A DNA stretch of 64,000 bases from Octopus vulgaris (GCA_951406725.2 OX597822.1:34534001-34598000); one strand, 5' to 3'. Counted from the stretch's first letter, positions 40,850 through 55,139 are shown. Translations and numbers: made by a program. Notes: a model not told the origin generated them from the sequence alone.

Positions 40850-41560
40850 GAGAGAGGAAAATAACGTGTTGTGAGAGCATCGGTGAAGCCAAGAATGAAA
40901 GATCATGCTTGGCCGAGCACCGATCACGTAGGAGGAACAGAGAGAAGTGGGAGGTAGAGGGATTGAAGAATTAGGGAAGAAACTTACATATGAAGCAGCT
41001 CTGCTAATGACCTGTGTAATCGTCTTCAGTGCGTCATCGAACAATTCTCTAACGCTAACTCTGTGTTCAACCTCACCAGCTGCATAAAGAAACCTAAGAT
41101 TATGACTAAGACTTCTTCGCACTCTCTTTGTCTATCAAGATTTCCACACTGAAAGGTGTAGGTAATTTCATGTATCCGTTTTCAATCATATCTAACAACT
41201 TGTCTCAAAATGCAATGATTAATGCATGGACTAGCAACACTGTTCCTGTTATGATTAAACTCACCAACAGTGTGTGCGGCAAACAAACACTCTCACAAAG
41301 CAGCAAATTGAATATTTATCAACATGTTTTGTCAGCAACTTACTATATGTAGCGAAAAGTGGACGATATAAGTTAGTAAAGTGAGGAAGTTAAAGCTTTT
41401 CACATGAGATGTCTTCCCAAAATAATTCACATCACACGGGAATTTAAAATCCACAATTGTGAGGTACTTGTTAGAAGAGAGGCGAAAGACATATCTGTAA
41501 CGTTCAACGAGTGTCGTATGCATTGGCTTAGTGAGGGAACTGCAATCCATATGAAGTTCT
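40850..41560. mobile_element. Degraded LINE fragments (RTE/CR1-like); related piece at 24830-25080
   Basis: Plus strand ..V.NF.Y..SIIS.N.. and FHMRCL.KI.HI...KI.N.EVL are typical of LINE RT C-termini. caacctcaccagctg..aaagaaa.c.aagattatgac is shared by 41068-41107 and 24959-24997. Confidence 0.5.
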
Positions 41561-43051
41561 GCGTGACCACATTAACAGCTGGTGGTGCCCAACAGCTGGT
41601 GGTTCCTATCCTTTGAGATAGGAACTATGCAAAGGAGACTTCTGTTCTGCGTTTGTTGAAATATGAAAGTATATAATATCGAGCTGTTTATTCTGGTGAC
41701 ATTCTGCATAAAGTTTTAATATGGAGGATGATCGAAAGCAGCTCCGACCACGAAAAGAGGAAAGGTGGAAGGCATAACCTTCACTTGGCAATTCAGTATT
41801 CACCTGTAGTGGTTGCTGTAGGGGTCGATTAAATAAGTACCAGATACGCACTGGGATCGATGTAATTGACTTAATCCCTTTGTCTGTCTCTGTCCATTCT
41901 ATGTTTAGCCTCCTGTGGGCAATAAAGAAATAAATAAACATGTACAGAGTTCATGTATGACGTGTTAGCATGATACTGTAGGAAGGAACAAGCGTAGGAA
42001 AGAGGCAAGAAGAAAAAGAGGAAAAAGAAATATTGGTATCGTTCCAAGATGAGTGGAGATCAGGAATGTAACGAAATCGTAAACATTCACACGCAAACAC
42101 ACAAAGACAGAAACATTCATAAACGTATATATAGATGGACATAGATACACGCATACTAAAACATGAATATTTTTGCTTGATCTTTAAAATTAAGAGTTAT
42201 TCAAAGGTGGCGAGCTGGCAGAACCGTTAGCGCTCCGAAAAAGATGCTTGGCGATGTTGTCTTTACGTACTGTATTCAAATTCCGCTGAGCACGAGTTTG
42301 TCTTTCATCCTTTCTAGGTCGATAAAATAATGCCTGTTGAGTGCCCAAGTCGATTACATCGACTTTGTCTCAAAATTTACTGGCTCTCTGCCAAATTTTC
42401 AAACCATTATTCGGTTCTAATAAGGCGTCAAGCTGGCAGAATCGTTAGCACGCTGAATGAAATGCACAGCGGTAGTTCGCACTTCACTACGTTTTAAGTT
42501 CAAATTCCGCCGAGGTCGATTTCGCCTTTTATGTTTTTGAGTAGGCATAATCGACTATCCACTACCCCAAATTTCAGGCCTTGTGACTATAGTACAAAGG
42601 ATTATTAGGTTCTTATATATTGTTTGCAAGAGCAATGTACCAATATCCACAGACATTATACTTCTAGACATTCTCAATACTATTTTCAAATTAAACTGTT
42701 GTAGTAACCTACGCATTTTACAGTAAATCGCAAAGGATTTGGAAAAAATTTTGTAAGTGATAAAATCCTCGACGTCGGGTTTAAAATACTATGACAGAAA
42801 ATCCTGGTAGATTTCATGTCATGATATAGATTTTTTTTCTCTTTTTAGACGTGAAATATATGTGTATTTAATATTAGTTTGCATTTTGTTGTTAGTAAAG
42901 CTTCAATAGTTTTTCCTCTAATTTTTGATTTTGGGAATTCTGTTAAATATTTTAGTGCTGCCTAAAAATGTTTAACTACCCAATTTTATCATTTTATTTT
43001 GTGTACAGCTTTATAATAAGGATTTACAGTAATATAACTACAAATCCCGTA

Positions 43052-43134
<83 letters not shown>

Positions 43135-43729
43135 GCATGTGTGTGTATCTATGTATGTATATATTTTTGTGTGTATGTATATATATATATGTAGGTATTT
43201 GAATTTCTGGAAGATATTATTCACACACCATACATATATAGACTCATACACACACACACACGCAGATAGATATATACGAGATTTGTTTATCAACCATTAT
43301 TTTATTGCTAATTTAATAACGAATCGGATATATCAGAGGGATATCTTTAGGAGTAATGTAAGTTATATGAAAATCCCTCTAAGCCCAGGAACTTATCACA
43401 AACGTGTCTTTTGTTTTCACTCATAAAATAAACAAACACAAAAATAACTAGATAAATACGCACATACATACGGGCACTACTTACTTCTCTCTATCACGTA
43501 AACAAACATTGATGTTTAAAAATTTTACGATATTAATAGACAAAATACATAATTCATTCATGTTTCTATCTTGAGGATGGATCAAGAAAATCTAACAATC
43601 GACTAGGATTTTCTATTGTCTTTAACATACAGAAATAACTATACATACATATACAAATTTATTTATACATGCGCATGCATATGTATAACATAATAAGTAT
43701 ACATATGTATATGAAAAAAATATATATAT

Positions 43730-43984
43730 ATATACCGCAGTAAGCGCATAAATGTGAAACAAGGTGGAAAAAAAGTGTACTCAAATAACAGACGTAGAGT
43801 AATAAGATTTAAAAGCAGCAGTGTATGTATATACATGTGTGTGTGTCTGTGTGTAGGGGGCAGTGTAAGGGTAAATATGGTTGGTTGCGTATATATACAC
43901 GATCCGAATGACACGAGTGCGTATATAAGGGAGTGTATATATGAGTGAGTATGTGCAGTTATATTTCTACTGCTTTTAAATAAA

Positions 43985-44015
<31 letters not shown>

Positions 44016-44233
44016 GGGAGAGTTTACAAAAAAAAAAAAAAGACGATGACAGTTGGTGTACAAAACAAACAGATGTATTAGCATAATGCTCAGGAATAGA
44101 TAAAGTCTTTTACGTTTCGAGCCTACACACACACATATATATACATACACTGCTGCTTTTAAATCATATTACTCTACCTCTGGTATTTGAGTACACTTTT
44201 ATCCACCTTGTTTCACATTTATGTGCTTACTGC

Positions 44234-44240
<7 letters not shown>
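43730..44240. repeat. Inverted repeat (~115 bp arms) enclosing a Penelope-terminus fragment (44015-44126, minus); third arm copy at 44648-44705
   Basis: ccgcagtaagc.cataaatgtgaaacaaggtgga vs tccaccttgtttcacatttatg.gcttactgcgg. Confidence 0.8.
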
Positions 44241-44275
<35 letters not shown>

Positions 44276-44552
44276 TTTCATATAAATATATTTCATCAGA
44301 GACGGTGTGAGGATTAAATTAAGTCATAGTTATTTTAGATGTAATACAAAATAGAACTGTAAGACCTTCTAATCTTATTACACAAAAGATTCTGATATAC
44401 ACACGCTGACATAGAACCAACGTTGAACCCTTTATTCGCAATATTACCGAATCTAGAACTTAACTATGGTCTGTCTATAGCACTTCTTCAGCATTACCTG
44501 ACACCTTTGGGTTTCAATGGCACCATTATCTCTTATAACCTCAACTTCTCGC

Positions 44553-44602
<50 letters not shown>

Positions 44603-44700
44603 TTTATTTTAAGCAGCATAAAATTCAACATAAAATAAAGCATATTACGGTATTTGAGTACTCTTTTTTCCACCTTGTTTCACATTTATGTGTTTACTCC

Positions 44701-44771
<71 letters not shown>

Positions 44772-45826
44772 TATGATAAAAGGCAGATTTTATCTGCTTA
44801 CCAAACCGTTTGTTTTTTATACAATTCTACAATATAGAATTTCTTCAATTGTAATTTACCTATCATTTTTACAAGTAGATTCCATCGGGTCGTGGCATGT
44901 AAAGTTTTGTCAATTTCACCCCCAATTAAGCAAAAATTCGAGAAAAGTAAATATTTTACCATTTCCCTCTTTCATTTCAAGTGCTTCACTCATACCATTA
45001 CCACTACACTTTCTCCTCTTTTTTCTTTGCAAGTGTGAAACAATTAAAGTGAAAGTATTTATATAAAAGGGATGATCAATTAATACTGGTCATCCTTTTT
45101 GCTACAAGAAGATCCGCTGTGGTCTTATATGCTACAAACTGGTTTCCAATTCATATTAATCAAATTAGTATTCAATTTTTCACCCTTATTATGTGTGTGT
45201 GTGTATTAGCAATTCGTATAAAATTGCATCAATGACTTGAACTTGAATAAGTGGTTTCACATAAATGGGAATAAATTAAAAAGGTTTGTTGTTATTATTA
45301 TTACTGTTTGACTATTGTAATCACGTTTGTTGGTTCCTCGTCAGGGAAACGTTGTTGTGTTGCATTTGTTAAATAATTGTAAACCGTAACCCTCCCCCTT
45401 TCGGAGAAGGGGCTTTGGTTATTGTTTAAAAATTGAATTGTGCCCCTGTTTGGGGAAATTGACAATATTTTCACCGTCTTTACGGAAGCATTTTTGTTAA
45501 AATGCCTTCGATAGAAGAAAGTCCAAAAATGAATTTCGCTGCAGCCGTACACTTCTATACAAGATCCAATTGATCGAAATTGCAAGAGACGGGCCTACAA
45601 TTCCAGTCTGTTATATATTTTGAGTATTGTTATCACTAGCGATATGAAGATATAACTTTCTATTTTGTATTTTATGTGTAGATGTATATATATATATAGA
45701 GATGTACATGTAATATGTACACATATATATATATGTACACATATATACATGCATAATATATCTACCCATACACACACACGTACACACACACGCACATACA
45801 TAGGGGCAGGTGTGGCTGTGTGGTAA

Positions 45827-47357
45827 CAAACTACATTCGAAGATACTGTACTTGATATGGGCGGTAGTACCTTGCCGGTCTATGGCCTACCTTCAACAAA
45901 CCGGGAAGGCACAAACACTCTGTCTTCGCATTTGCTGCGTGAGACATGTTTTAATGTTGACGAGCTTGCCGAGTACATAGCTAACAATGAGCCAAAGCTC
46001 CTTCCAGGCAAGAAGTTCGCGTACAACTCCATTGTTAATTCAATCCGGGCCAAAGCTGGGGGGATATGGGCGGTAGTACCTTGCCGGTCTATGGCCTACC
46101 TTCAACAAACTGGGAAGGCACAAACACTCTGTCTTTACATTTGCTGCGTGAGACATGTTTTAATGTTGACGAGCTTGCCCAGTACATAGCCGACAATGAG
46201 CCAAAGCTCCATCCAGAACAGAAGTTCGCTTACAACTCCGTTGTTAATTCAATCCGGGCCAAAGCTGGGGGGATTTTTTTCCTGGACACTCCTGGGGGCA
46301 CTGGGAAAACTTTTGTCAACAAATTAATATTGGCTGAGATTAGGCGAACACAAGGCTTTGCCCTAGCTGTAGCATCATCTGGAATTGCGGCTACTTTGTT
46401 GCCAGGCGGCAGGACAGCTCACTCCACTTTCAAGCTTCCGCTTGACTTAGCGAAGACTGAGACACCAACTTGCAACATCAGTAACAGCTCCGATCAGGCA
46501 GACGTCTTCAGACGATGCAAGCTTATCGTTTGGTATGAATGCACGATGGCCCACAGAGGTGCTCTTGAGGCACTAGATAGATCTCTCAGAGACATCAAAC
46601 ACTCTTCAGCTCCCATGGGAGGCATAACACTTCTTCTTTCAGGGGACTTCTGACAAACACTTCCCGTTATTCCCAAAGGGACTAGATCTGATGCAGTAAG
46701 TGCGTGTCTTAAGTCATCCACATTGTGGCCACTGGTGAAGACTCTCAAACTTCACACCAATATGCGTGCTCATATGCGACGTGATATCACATCAGCAGCA
46801 TTTTCTCACACCCTCCTTGCACTTGGCGAAGGCAAAATACCAGGGGATGAAAATGGTAATATTGCCATCGATTCCATTTGTACCATTGTTAAAACGCCTT
46901 CTGATCAGAGATGCAATGTACCTAGATCTACAAGCTAATTATCAGAATATGGATTGGATTGGCCAAAGGGCTATTCTGGCCCCGAGGAATAAAACTGTTC
47001 ACCATATTAATGACGAAATGCTAAAACTCATTCCTGGAGATGTCTATGTATATAAGTCTATCGATACATCTCCTGACCCAGAGGACGTCATCAACTATCC
47101 AATAGAGGTACTTAATTCCTTTGAGCCCCCCGGACTACCACCACACATTCTCAAGCTTAAAGTTGGTGCCTCTATAATGCTCATTAGAAATTTGGTTCCC
47201 CCAAAACAATGCAATGGCACACGTTTGATCGTTAAGTCCTTATCTCCCACCGTAATCTTATATCAATATTTGCCTGAATAATCATCATAATTCAGTGCAA
47301 TCATTAACAGTACTTTCAAGCAATTCAGCCCCGAGCATCGCCGGGCAATTCTGCTAG
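45827..47357 (+). mobile_element. Helitron with frameshifted PIF1 helicase pseudogene; possible 5' end at 44769
   Basis: FFLDTPGGTGKTF (Walker A), AVASSGIAATLLPGGRTAHSTFKLP, GGI..LLSGDF*QTLPV, RAILAPRN, GLPPHILKLKVG..CNGTRL; 3' ccccgagcatcgccggg and CTAG|T (47354-47357). Confidence 0.92.
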
Positions 47358-47389
<32 letters not shown>

Positions 47390-48959
47390 ACATATATATA
47401 GGTGTATATGTCTGCATGTGTGTGTATATACATATTTGTGTATATGTATGGATGTACGTGTAAATATTGATAGATGCGTATATGGACAGAGCCGAGTGGC
47501 ACGAACGCATTTATCCTGTGTAAATGTGTGCTTGGATATACGAACGCACGCTTTACATAAAAGAAAAATACTTATAATGCACGCGCGTTTGCAGGTTAGC
47601 TGTATATGTATGCATGTGTATAAGCATTTATATATACAAGATTCGAAGGCGAGTGGTTTAGTTGTTAGGGTATTTGTCTCACGATCGTAAGCTTTTGTGT
47701 TCAATTCCCGGCGATGCATTTAGTCCTTGAGCAAGACACTTTATTTTCACGTTACCCTAGTCCACTCAGCTGGCAGAAATGAGTAGTACCTGCATTTCAA
47801 AGGGCCGGGCTTGTCACACTCTGTGTCACGCTGAACCTCCCCGAGAAATACGTTAACAGTACACATGTCTGTGGAGTGCTCAGCCATTTGCACGTTAATT
47901 TCACGAGTAAGCTCTTCCGTTGGTCGTATCAGCTAGGACCCTCGTCGTCGTAACCGACGGTGTGCTCGATATACACAAGGGTATATATGTGTATGTATAT
48001 ATAGGTATATATGTCTGTATACGCGTGAGTGTATACATGTGCGTGTGTGTTGGGGGTATGTGTGTGTATATGTACACGATCCGAATGACACCAGTGCGTA
48101 TAAAAGGGAGTGTGTATGTGAGTAAGTATGTGCTTATTGACAGGATGAGCAGTGTGCACCATTATGTATGTATGTATATATGTATTATTCTTATAATTTG
48201 TATATCTTTATTTTATTATAAATGCAAAACAGCACTATGGAAGAATCGATGTAAACGCAAATAATAAACCGCGATAGGTGAACCGCGATATGGCGAGGGA
48301 TTCATAAGTAGTCTTCATAAACGCCAATGTTTTTAATACGTTTTCTAATAACATGTATTGGCTTTTGAAGAGAACTGAAATACCACTGCTAAAGTGTAAT
48401 CAGTAGTTTACAGAACCTCGCTGGCAAAATTAACTTTAAAATTAGTATTAACTACATCATTTAATTATGTTATGAAATAATCAGTTATATTTTTCGGGTC
48501 TTTGGAGATAGGTTTCGTGTGAACATACTTGGAAATTTATACTGGGAAATATATAATTGAATATATATCTATTCAAATTTCCTTTGAAGTTAACCAGATA
48601 TGTATGCACTTATTCGGTTTAATATTACCTCAAATCATGAACGCCTAAATATATTATACCGAGCAAAAGAGATGATCTTGGCGAAAGCGTCTTTGACATA
48701 CGCAGGATCGATGAGAATTATATACGCTCTCAGTATGTTAATTCATCATAATTTTGGAATAATGCCAGCAATTTTGAGATGAGAGGGCAGTCAATTACAT
48801 CCACCTCAGTGCTCAAGTTGTACTCTTTTATGAACCGTAAAAGGATAAAAACCAAAGCCAGCTTCGATAGCATTTGAACGCAGAACATAACAAGCCAAAA
48901 GTAGTATTGCTAAGCGTTTCTTCCTTTACAATTCTAGCAACTTACCGCCTGTATAAAAA

Positions 48960-49350
48960 CATGTTTCTACTTGAAGAATGAAGCCACAAATTCGGGGAAG
49001 GGATTACGTCGATCGCATCGACCCCAGTGCGTAGTTGGTAATTATTTAACGACCCCGAAAGGATAAAAAAGGTAAAGTCGACCTCGGCAGAATATGAACT
49101 CAGAACGTAGCGGTAGCGGCGGACGAAATACCTATTTCTTTACTACCCACAAGGGGCTAAACACAGAGAGGACAAACAAGGACAGACAAACGGATTAAGT
49201 CGATTATATCGACCCCAGTGCGTAACTGGTACTTAATTTATCGACCCCGAAAGGATGAAAGGCAGAGTCGACCTCGGCGGAATTTGAACTCAGAACGTAG
49301 CGGCAGACGAAATACCGCTAAGCATTTTCCCCGGCGTGCTAACGATTCTA
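48960..49350 (-). mobile_element. SINE family B concatemer
   Basis: Two units; an older degenerate copy is adjacent at ~48760-48950. Confidence 0.8.
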
Positions 49351-49911
49351 TTTGTATAAATCCTTACCGCTTCTATAAATAATATAACTCTCTCTGCAGA
49401 TAACATCGAATGTAATAACTTACAGATCTATACTTTATGAGTAAAAACCTTTGATGAAAATTAAAGCAGTATTTATATTTTCCGAATATTATTATTAATC
49501 CATTGGATTTAGACGGAATTCTATTTTCAATTACATAACAAATTTCCTTCAGTTATACTGTGCTAAGAATAGGGAAAGATCAAATTTCTAAATTTGATAA
49601 CATTTATCTGAAGTAATAAATCTGCTTTTCTTATTAGGAATTCTGAAGAATGTTTTCAGATAGGAAATAAATATCGCGAAGAAATTTACTAATATAACTC
49701 ACAAGTAATTAAATAGTCAAGTAGAAGCATAGCTTTTAGATGCCGAGATTTGCTTTGGCGTTTGCATAAAATACGCTTCTTCGATATCTATTTTGATAAG
49801 ACATATCAACACATGATACCATATATATTCAAAACAGGTCGATCTAATTTAGCCATTAGTTCCCATTAATGGAAGTCTGTAATGTACTTAGAACGAATAT
49901 TTAATTTGGCT

Positions 49912-50492
49912 AGGGCGGTGAACTGATAGTTCATTAGCACATCGGACGAAATGCTTAGCGGTATTTCGCCTGCCATTACGTTGTGAGTTCAAATTCCGCC
50001 GAGGTCGACTTTGCTTTCATCCTTTCGGGGTCGATAAATTAAGTACCAGTTACGCACTAGGTTCGATATAATCGACTTAATACCATGTCTGTCCTTGTTT
50101 GGCCCCTCTATGTTTAGTCCCTTGTGGGTAATAAAGAAATATGTATTTCGTCTGCCGCTACGTTCAGAGTTCAAATTCCGTCGAGGTCGACTTTGCCTTT
50201 CATCCTTTCGGGGTCGATTAAATAAGTACCAGTTTCGCACTGGGGTCGATATAATCGACTTACTCCGTTTGTCTGTCCTTGTTTGTCCTCTCTGTGTTCA
50301 GCCCCTTGTGGGTAGTAAAGAAATAGGTATTTCATCCATCTTTACGTCCTGAGTTCAAATTCCACCTAGGTCGACTTTGCCTTTCATCATTTCGTGGTCG
50401 ATAAAGTAAATACCAGTTGAGCACTGGGGTAGATATAATTGATTTACTCCTCTCCTGACATTGCTGGCTTTGTGTCAAAATTTGAAACCAAT
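49912..50492 (+). mobile_element. SINE family B concatemer (head plus three units)
   Basis: Units start near 49963, 50145 and 50329. Confidence 0.85.
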
Positions 50493-50624
50493 ATTTAATT
50501 TCACTAAATCCTCATTTACCCGCGACATGTCTCTCACAAAACCTCTCCGATAAGATTATGTAACAAAAAATATTTGATTCAAGAGAGTTCACTGTTACAT
50601 CTGCCTCATAAGATAAGTGCATTA

Positions 50625-51272
50625 CAGTGATCCCTTGATTATCGCGGGTGCTACTTTCCAAAATCCCCGCGACAGATGAAAATTCGCGAAGTAGAAACAG
50701 TACTGTACTGTATATTTGTTTCATTGCTTTTATAATTTCTGTATATTTATTATTTCTTTATTGCGCAGAAGAGGCTCAACAAAGAGGGGACAAACAAGGA
50801 CAGACAAACGGATTAAGTCGATTATATCGACCCCAGTGCGTAACTGGTACTTAATTTATCGATCCTGAAAGATTGAAAGGCAAAGTCGATCTCGGCGGAA
50901 TTTGAACTCAGAACGTAACGGCAGACGAAATACCTATTTCTTTACTACCCACAAGGGGCTAAACACAGAGAGGATAAACAAGGCCAGACAAACGGATTAA
51001 GTTGATTATATCGACCCCAGTGCGTAACTGCTACTTATTTAATCGACCCCGAAAGGATGAAAGGCAAAGTCGACCTCAGCGGAATTTGAACTCAGAACGT
51101 AACCGCAGGCGAAATAGCGCTAAACATTTCGCCCGGTGTGCTAAAGTTTCTGCCAGTTCGCCTTTGTATATATTTATGTTAATATAAACGCAAAACAATA
51201 CTACAGAGGAATCGACGTAAGCTCAAATAATAAACTGCGATAGCTGAACCGCGTTATGGCGAGGGATTACTG
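50625..51272. mobile_element. Tigger-like MITE interrupted by a SINE-B dimer (~50752-51163, minus)
   Basis: TA|CAGTGATCCCTTG ... CGAGGGATTACTG|TA. Confidence 0.8.
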
Positions 51273-51622
51273 TATGCATACATGTTCGCAAACGCATATT
51301 ATATGTATATAATATAATCGCGTGAGAAAGTAATCAATACGGTGATGGAGGTACCGTATAGACTAATAGATATTCAAAGATGAAAGATTCGCTTCCCGAG
51401 TTTCACGGTTCCTTTCCAAGATGTAACTTGTGTTACTTTTTTTCCTTTCATGATTACATAGGAGAAATACACATATGGGCAAGCAAGCGCACCCGAATGT
51501 GTTTGTGCATATATATATATATGTGTGTGTGTATATATATATTCTCTCTTTCTGTCTCCCCCTAGATATATGTGTGTGTGTATATATATATTCTCTCTTT
51601 CTGTCTCCCCCTAGATATATAT

Positions 51623-52019
51623 ACTCTTTTACTTGTTTCAGTCATTTGACTGCGGCCATGCTGGAGCACCGTCTTTAATCGAGCAGATCGACCCCGGGAC
51701 TTATTCTTTTGTAAGCCCAGTACTTATTCAATCGGTCTCTTTTGCCGAACCGCGAGGCAACGGGGACATAAACACAACAGAATCGGTTGTCAAGCAATGC
51801 TAGGGGGACAAACACGGACACAAAAACACACACACGCATATATATATACATATATACGACGGGCTTCTTTCAGTTTCCGACTACCAAATCCACACACAAG
51901 GCTTTGGTCGGCCCGAGGCTATAGTAGAAGACACTTGCCAAGTTGCCACGCAGTGTGATTGACCCCGGAACCATGTGATTGGTAAACAAGCTACTTATTA
52001 CACAGCCACTCCTGCGCCT
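51623..52019 (-). mobile_element. SINE family C, full length
   Basis: Head ggcgcaggagtggctgtgt..; tail ..gcatggccgcagtcaaatgactgaaacaagtaaaagag. Confidence 0.85.
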
Positions 52020-52666
52020 ATATATATATTCTCTCTTTCTCTTCCCCCTATACATATATATATATATACCGCTCTCATCCGCTGAAAATTCAAATCAAAA
52101 TCTACCCTCTTCTGCCATATAGCACAGGTTATTCAAACATCTATATCATATGACTTATTACTCAGACAGCTCTACCACATTTGATCAATAGATTCGCTGA
52201 TAAAAAAAAAAAATCTCCAGCCATATTTCAAAAATAATTAATCAGCTCTAAATACAGTACGTCGTTACCTTCAAAAGCTTGTTATCATCACTTGCTCAGA
52301 TTGCTGATTTCTGTAGCTGTATTCCAATTACAGCAGTATCATCTCATACAATACACCTGCTCTTATCTCATTCCATCGCCTATTTATTATTTATACTACG
52401 TATCTTTTTACACAATGATCTTAGATTTGCATTTGTTCTTAAGCTGTTCTTCATTTATTTGTATGTTAATTAGATTTCATTCTAAATCAGTATATTGTTT
52501 TACGGGTAACCCTAGCAGTATCATGCTACCGGCAAGCAGGTGTAATTTCCTTCCTATAAGTAAAATCAGCTCACAGATGAAGGGAAATCGCATGTGTGCG
52601 TGAGCGTGTGTGTGTGTGTCTGTTTGTGTACATATATATACATTGTTGTATATTAGGAGAATCAAA

Positions 52667-52893
52667 GGCGGCGAGCTGGCAGAAACGTTAGCACGCCGGG
52701 CGAAATGCGTAGCCGCATTTCGTCTGCCGTTACGTTCTGAGTACATATTCCGCCGAGGTCGACTTTGCCGTTCATCCTTTCGGGGTCGATAAATTAAGTA
52801 CCAGTTATGCACTGGGGTCGATATAATCGACTTAATCCATTTGTCTGTCCTTGTTTGTCCTCTCTGTGTTTAGACCTTGTGGGTAGTAAAGAA
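52667..52893 (+). mobile_element. SINE family B monomer
   Basis: ggcggcgagctggcagaaacgttagcacgccgggcg head plus one tail-1 unit. Degenerate monomers at 9705-9919, 42205-42607, 54830-55046. Confidence 0.85.
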
Positions 52894-53429
52894 GTATGTT
52901 TATTAGGAGAATCATAATGCTAATAAACACATACACTGATTCGATTTCGCTTCTTTCTTGTCAGTCACTTGGTTAGCTATTTAACCGAAAATTGATCGCT
53001 TGATTAAACATTCATTTAATCAATCAATCAATCAGTCAATTCTTTGCCAAACTCCTTTTATCACTTTTCGTGACACCTTCAGTGACATGCCTACCATACT
53101 CCAAATACATGTATATGCGTGTGTACGTGGGTACATGTTTGTGTTGTGTTTGTGAGGAGTGAAGATTAAACAAACAACAACCGGTCAGTATGCTTATAAA
53201 CTTAACCAATTATAACTCTTCCTACATATCACAGCATTGGTTTTCACACGTGGTTTCAGGTCAAAATACTTGTAAAACGATTACAAATTGTAATTTTTTA
53301 TCATTCCTTTTCATGATACAAATGATTAAATGCTCTTCCATACTTCATTGTTAATAATTTCTTAAATATTCAGATGGCGTGATGATAGAGTAACTTTACT
53401 GGGATTTGGAACTAGACACAAAGAGACGT

Positions 53430-54246
53430 TTGCCTGTCTTTGTTTGTCCCCTCTGTGTTTTGCCCCTTTGTGGGTAGTAAAGAAATAGGTATTTCGTCTG
53501 CCGCTACGTTCTGAGTTCAAATTCTGCCGAGGTCGACTTTGCCTTTTATCCTTTCGGGGTCGATTAAATAAGTACCAGTTTTGCAGTAAGGTCCATATAA
53601 TCGACTTAATCCGTTTGTCTGTCCTTGTTTGTCCTCTCTGTGTTTAGCCCCTTGCGGGTAGTAAAGAAATAGGTATTTCGTCTGTCTTTACGTTCTGTAT
53701 TCAAATTCCTCCGAGGTCGACTTTGCATTTCATCCTTTCGGGGTCGATGAATTAAGTACCGGATCTTTTCGGTTTGAACGGCAGTTTTTTCTAGCGATGT
53801 CATATGATTTTGTCACCCATAATTATGACCCTAGTATCGATCTATTGCATTTCAATCGGTTTTACGGTTAGGGTTAGTTAGGGTTAGGATATCTTCTTTT
53901 CTTCACAAATGTAAATAAATCCAATCTGTTTCTTAAATGAGGGACATATTCATACGGCACAAAATGTTTTTTAAACTCAATACACGTAATTGATTAGTTG
54001 AAATTGCAGAAATTGAACAAAAAATACAACAAACTATAGAATTTTCTCAATAAAGCTACGAGAAAAAGATGTTTTATAAACACATTCTACCAGTATACGA
54101 AGTTTAACATTTTTTAGTTACCTAGAAATTATGTTAAAAACTGCCGTTCAAACCGAAAAGATCCTAAGTACCAGTTGCGTACGGGATTGTTCTAATCGAC
54201 TTGCCCCCTTCCTCAGAATTTAAGGCCTTGTGCCTAGAGTAGAAAA

Positions 54247-54247
<1 letters not shown>
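53430..54247 (+). mobile_element. SINE family B concatemer interrupted by a MITE
   Basis: Units resume exactly after the MITE (taagtacc|agttgc). Confidence 0.8.
53761..54164. mobile_element. 404 bp MITE, perfect 29 bp TIRs, 8 bp TSD (Merlin-like)
   Basis: TAAGTACC|GGATCTTTTCGGTTTGAACGGCAGTTTTT ... AAAAACTGCCGTTCAAACCGAAAAGATCC|TAAGTACC. Confidence 0.92.
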
Positions 54248-54303
<56 letters not shown>

Positions 54304-55139
54304 TCTTATATTAAATTTTTAGGTGGAAGTTAAAATATCAGGTTGTATTCATTCTTTTCTCGATGATATCAGTGAATTAATTAAAGTGAAGTGAATTCAG
54401 CTGGAGCGTGAAATTAAATCATCGCTCTCAGCTAGTGAACTCATTTCACGTACTAAACACACTGTTCACCGTTGAAAAATAAAAGCAGCTTGATTAAAAT
54501 TCACCTGAAAAATATTTGCATTTAAATGGAATCTTTATTTCTTGCAATTTTTTTTAGATTTAAATTTCAGATGTCAACTAATTTATGAAAATTTAAAACA
54601 TAACCTACCCTGATGCTGAATATTTTATAACTGTGAATAAATAATTCTTGAGCGAGTAAAACCTGAGAACCTTCATTGATATTCTCAACACCCTTTTTCT
54701 GGGAACGACCACAAATTACAATTACAGAATAGAGTATCCTGGGTTTTATCGATAAAATATTATTCTTTTCCCTTATTTTATCACTCACAGCCATCACCTC
54801 CCATCTCTCCGTCTTTCTCTTTATTGGTTCCACATTTTGGTTATAAGGCCGGCAATTTCGAGGTGGTGGGAGTAAGTTGATTTCATCGACCCCATAATTC
54901 AAATAGGACTTGTTTTTATCGAACCCGAAAGGATAAAAAGCAAAAATCGATTTTGGCGAGATTTGAACTCAGAACAAATGTAAAAGACGAACGAAATGTC
55001 GCAAAGCATTTTGCCCAAAATGCTGACGATTCTACCAGCTAGCCGCATCACCAATGTGAATAGATGTCGTTATTGCATTGAAAACCTGATTTCCTGTAAT
55101 TTTATAAGAGTTTGGAATTATACACCAGCAAACTGTTGT

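Noticed and set aside
49912-50492. Regularly spaced repeats resembling a CRISPR array
   Set aside because: The whole ~184 bp unit is repeated with no unique spacers, there are no cas genes, and the context is eukaryotic.
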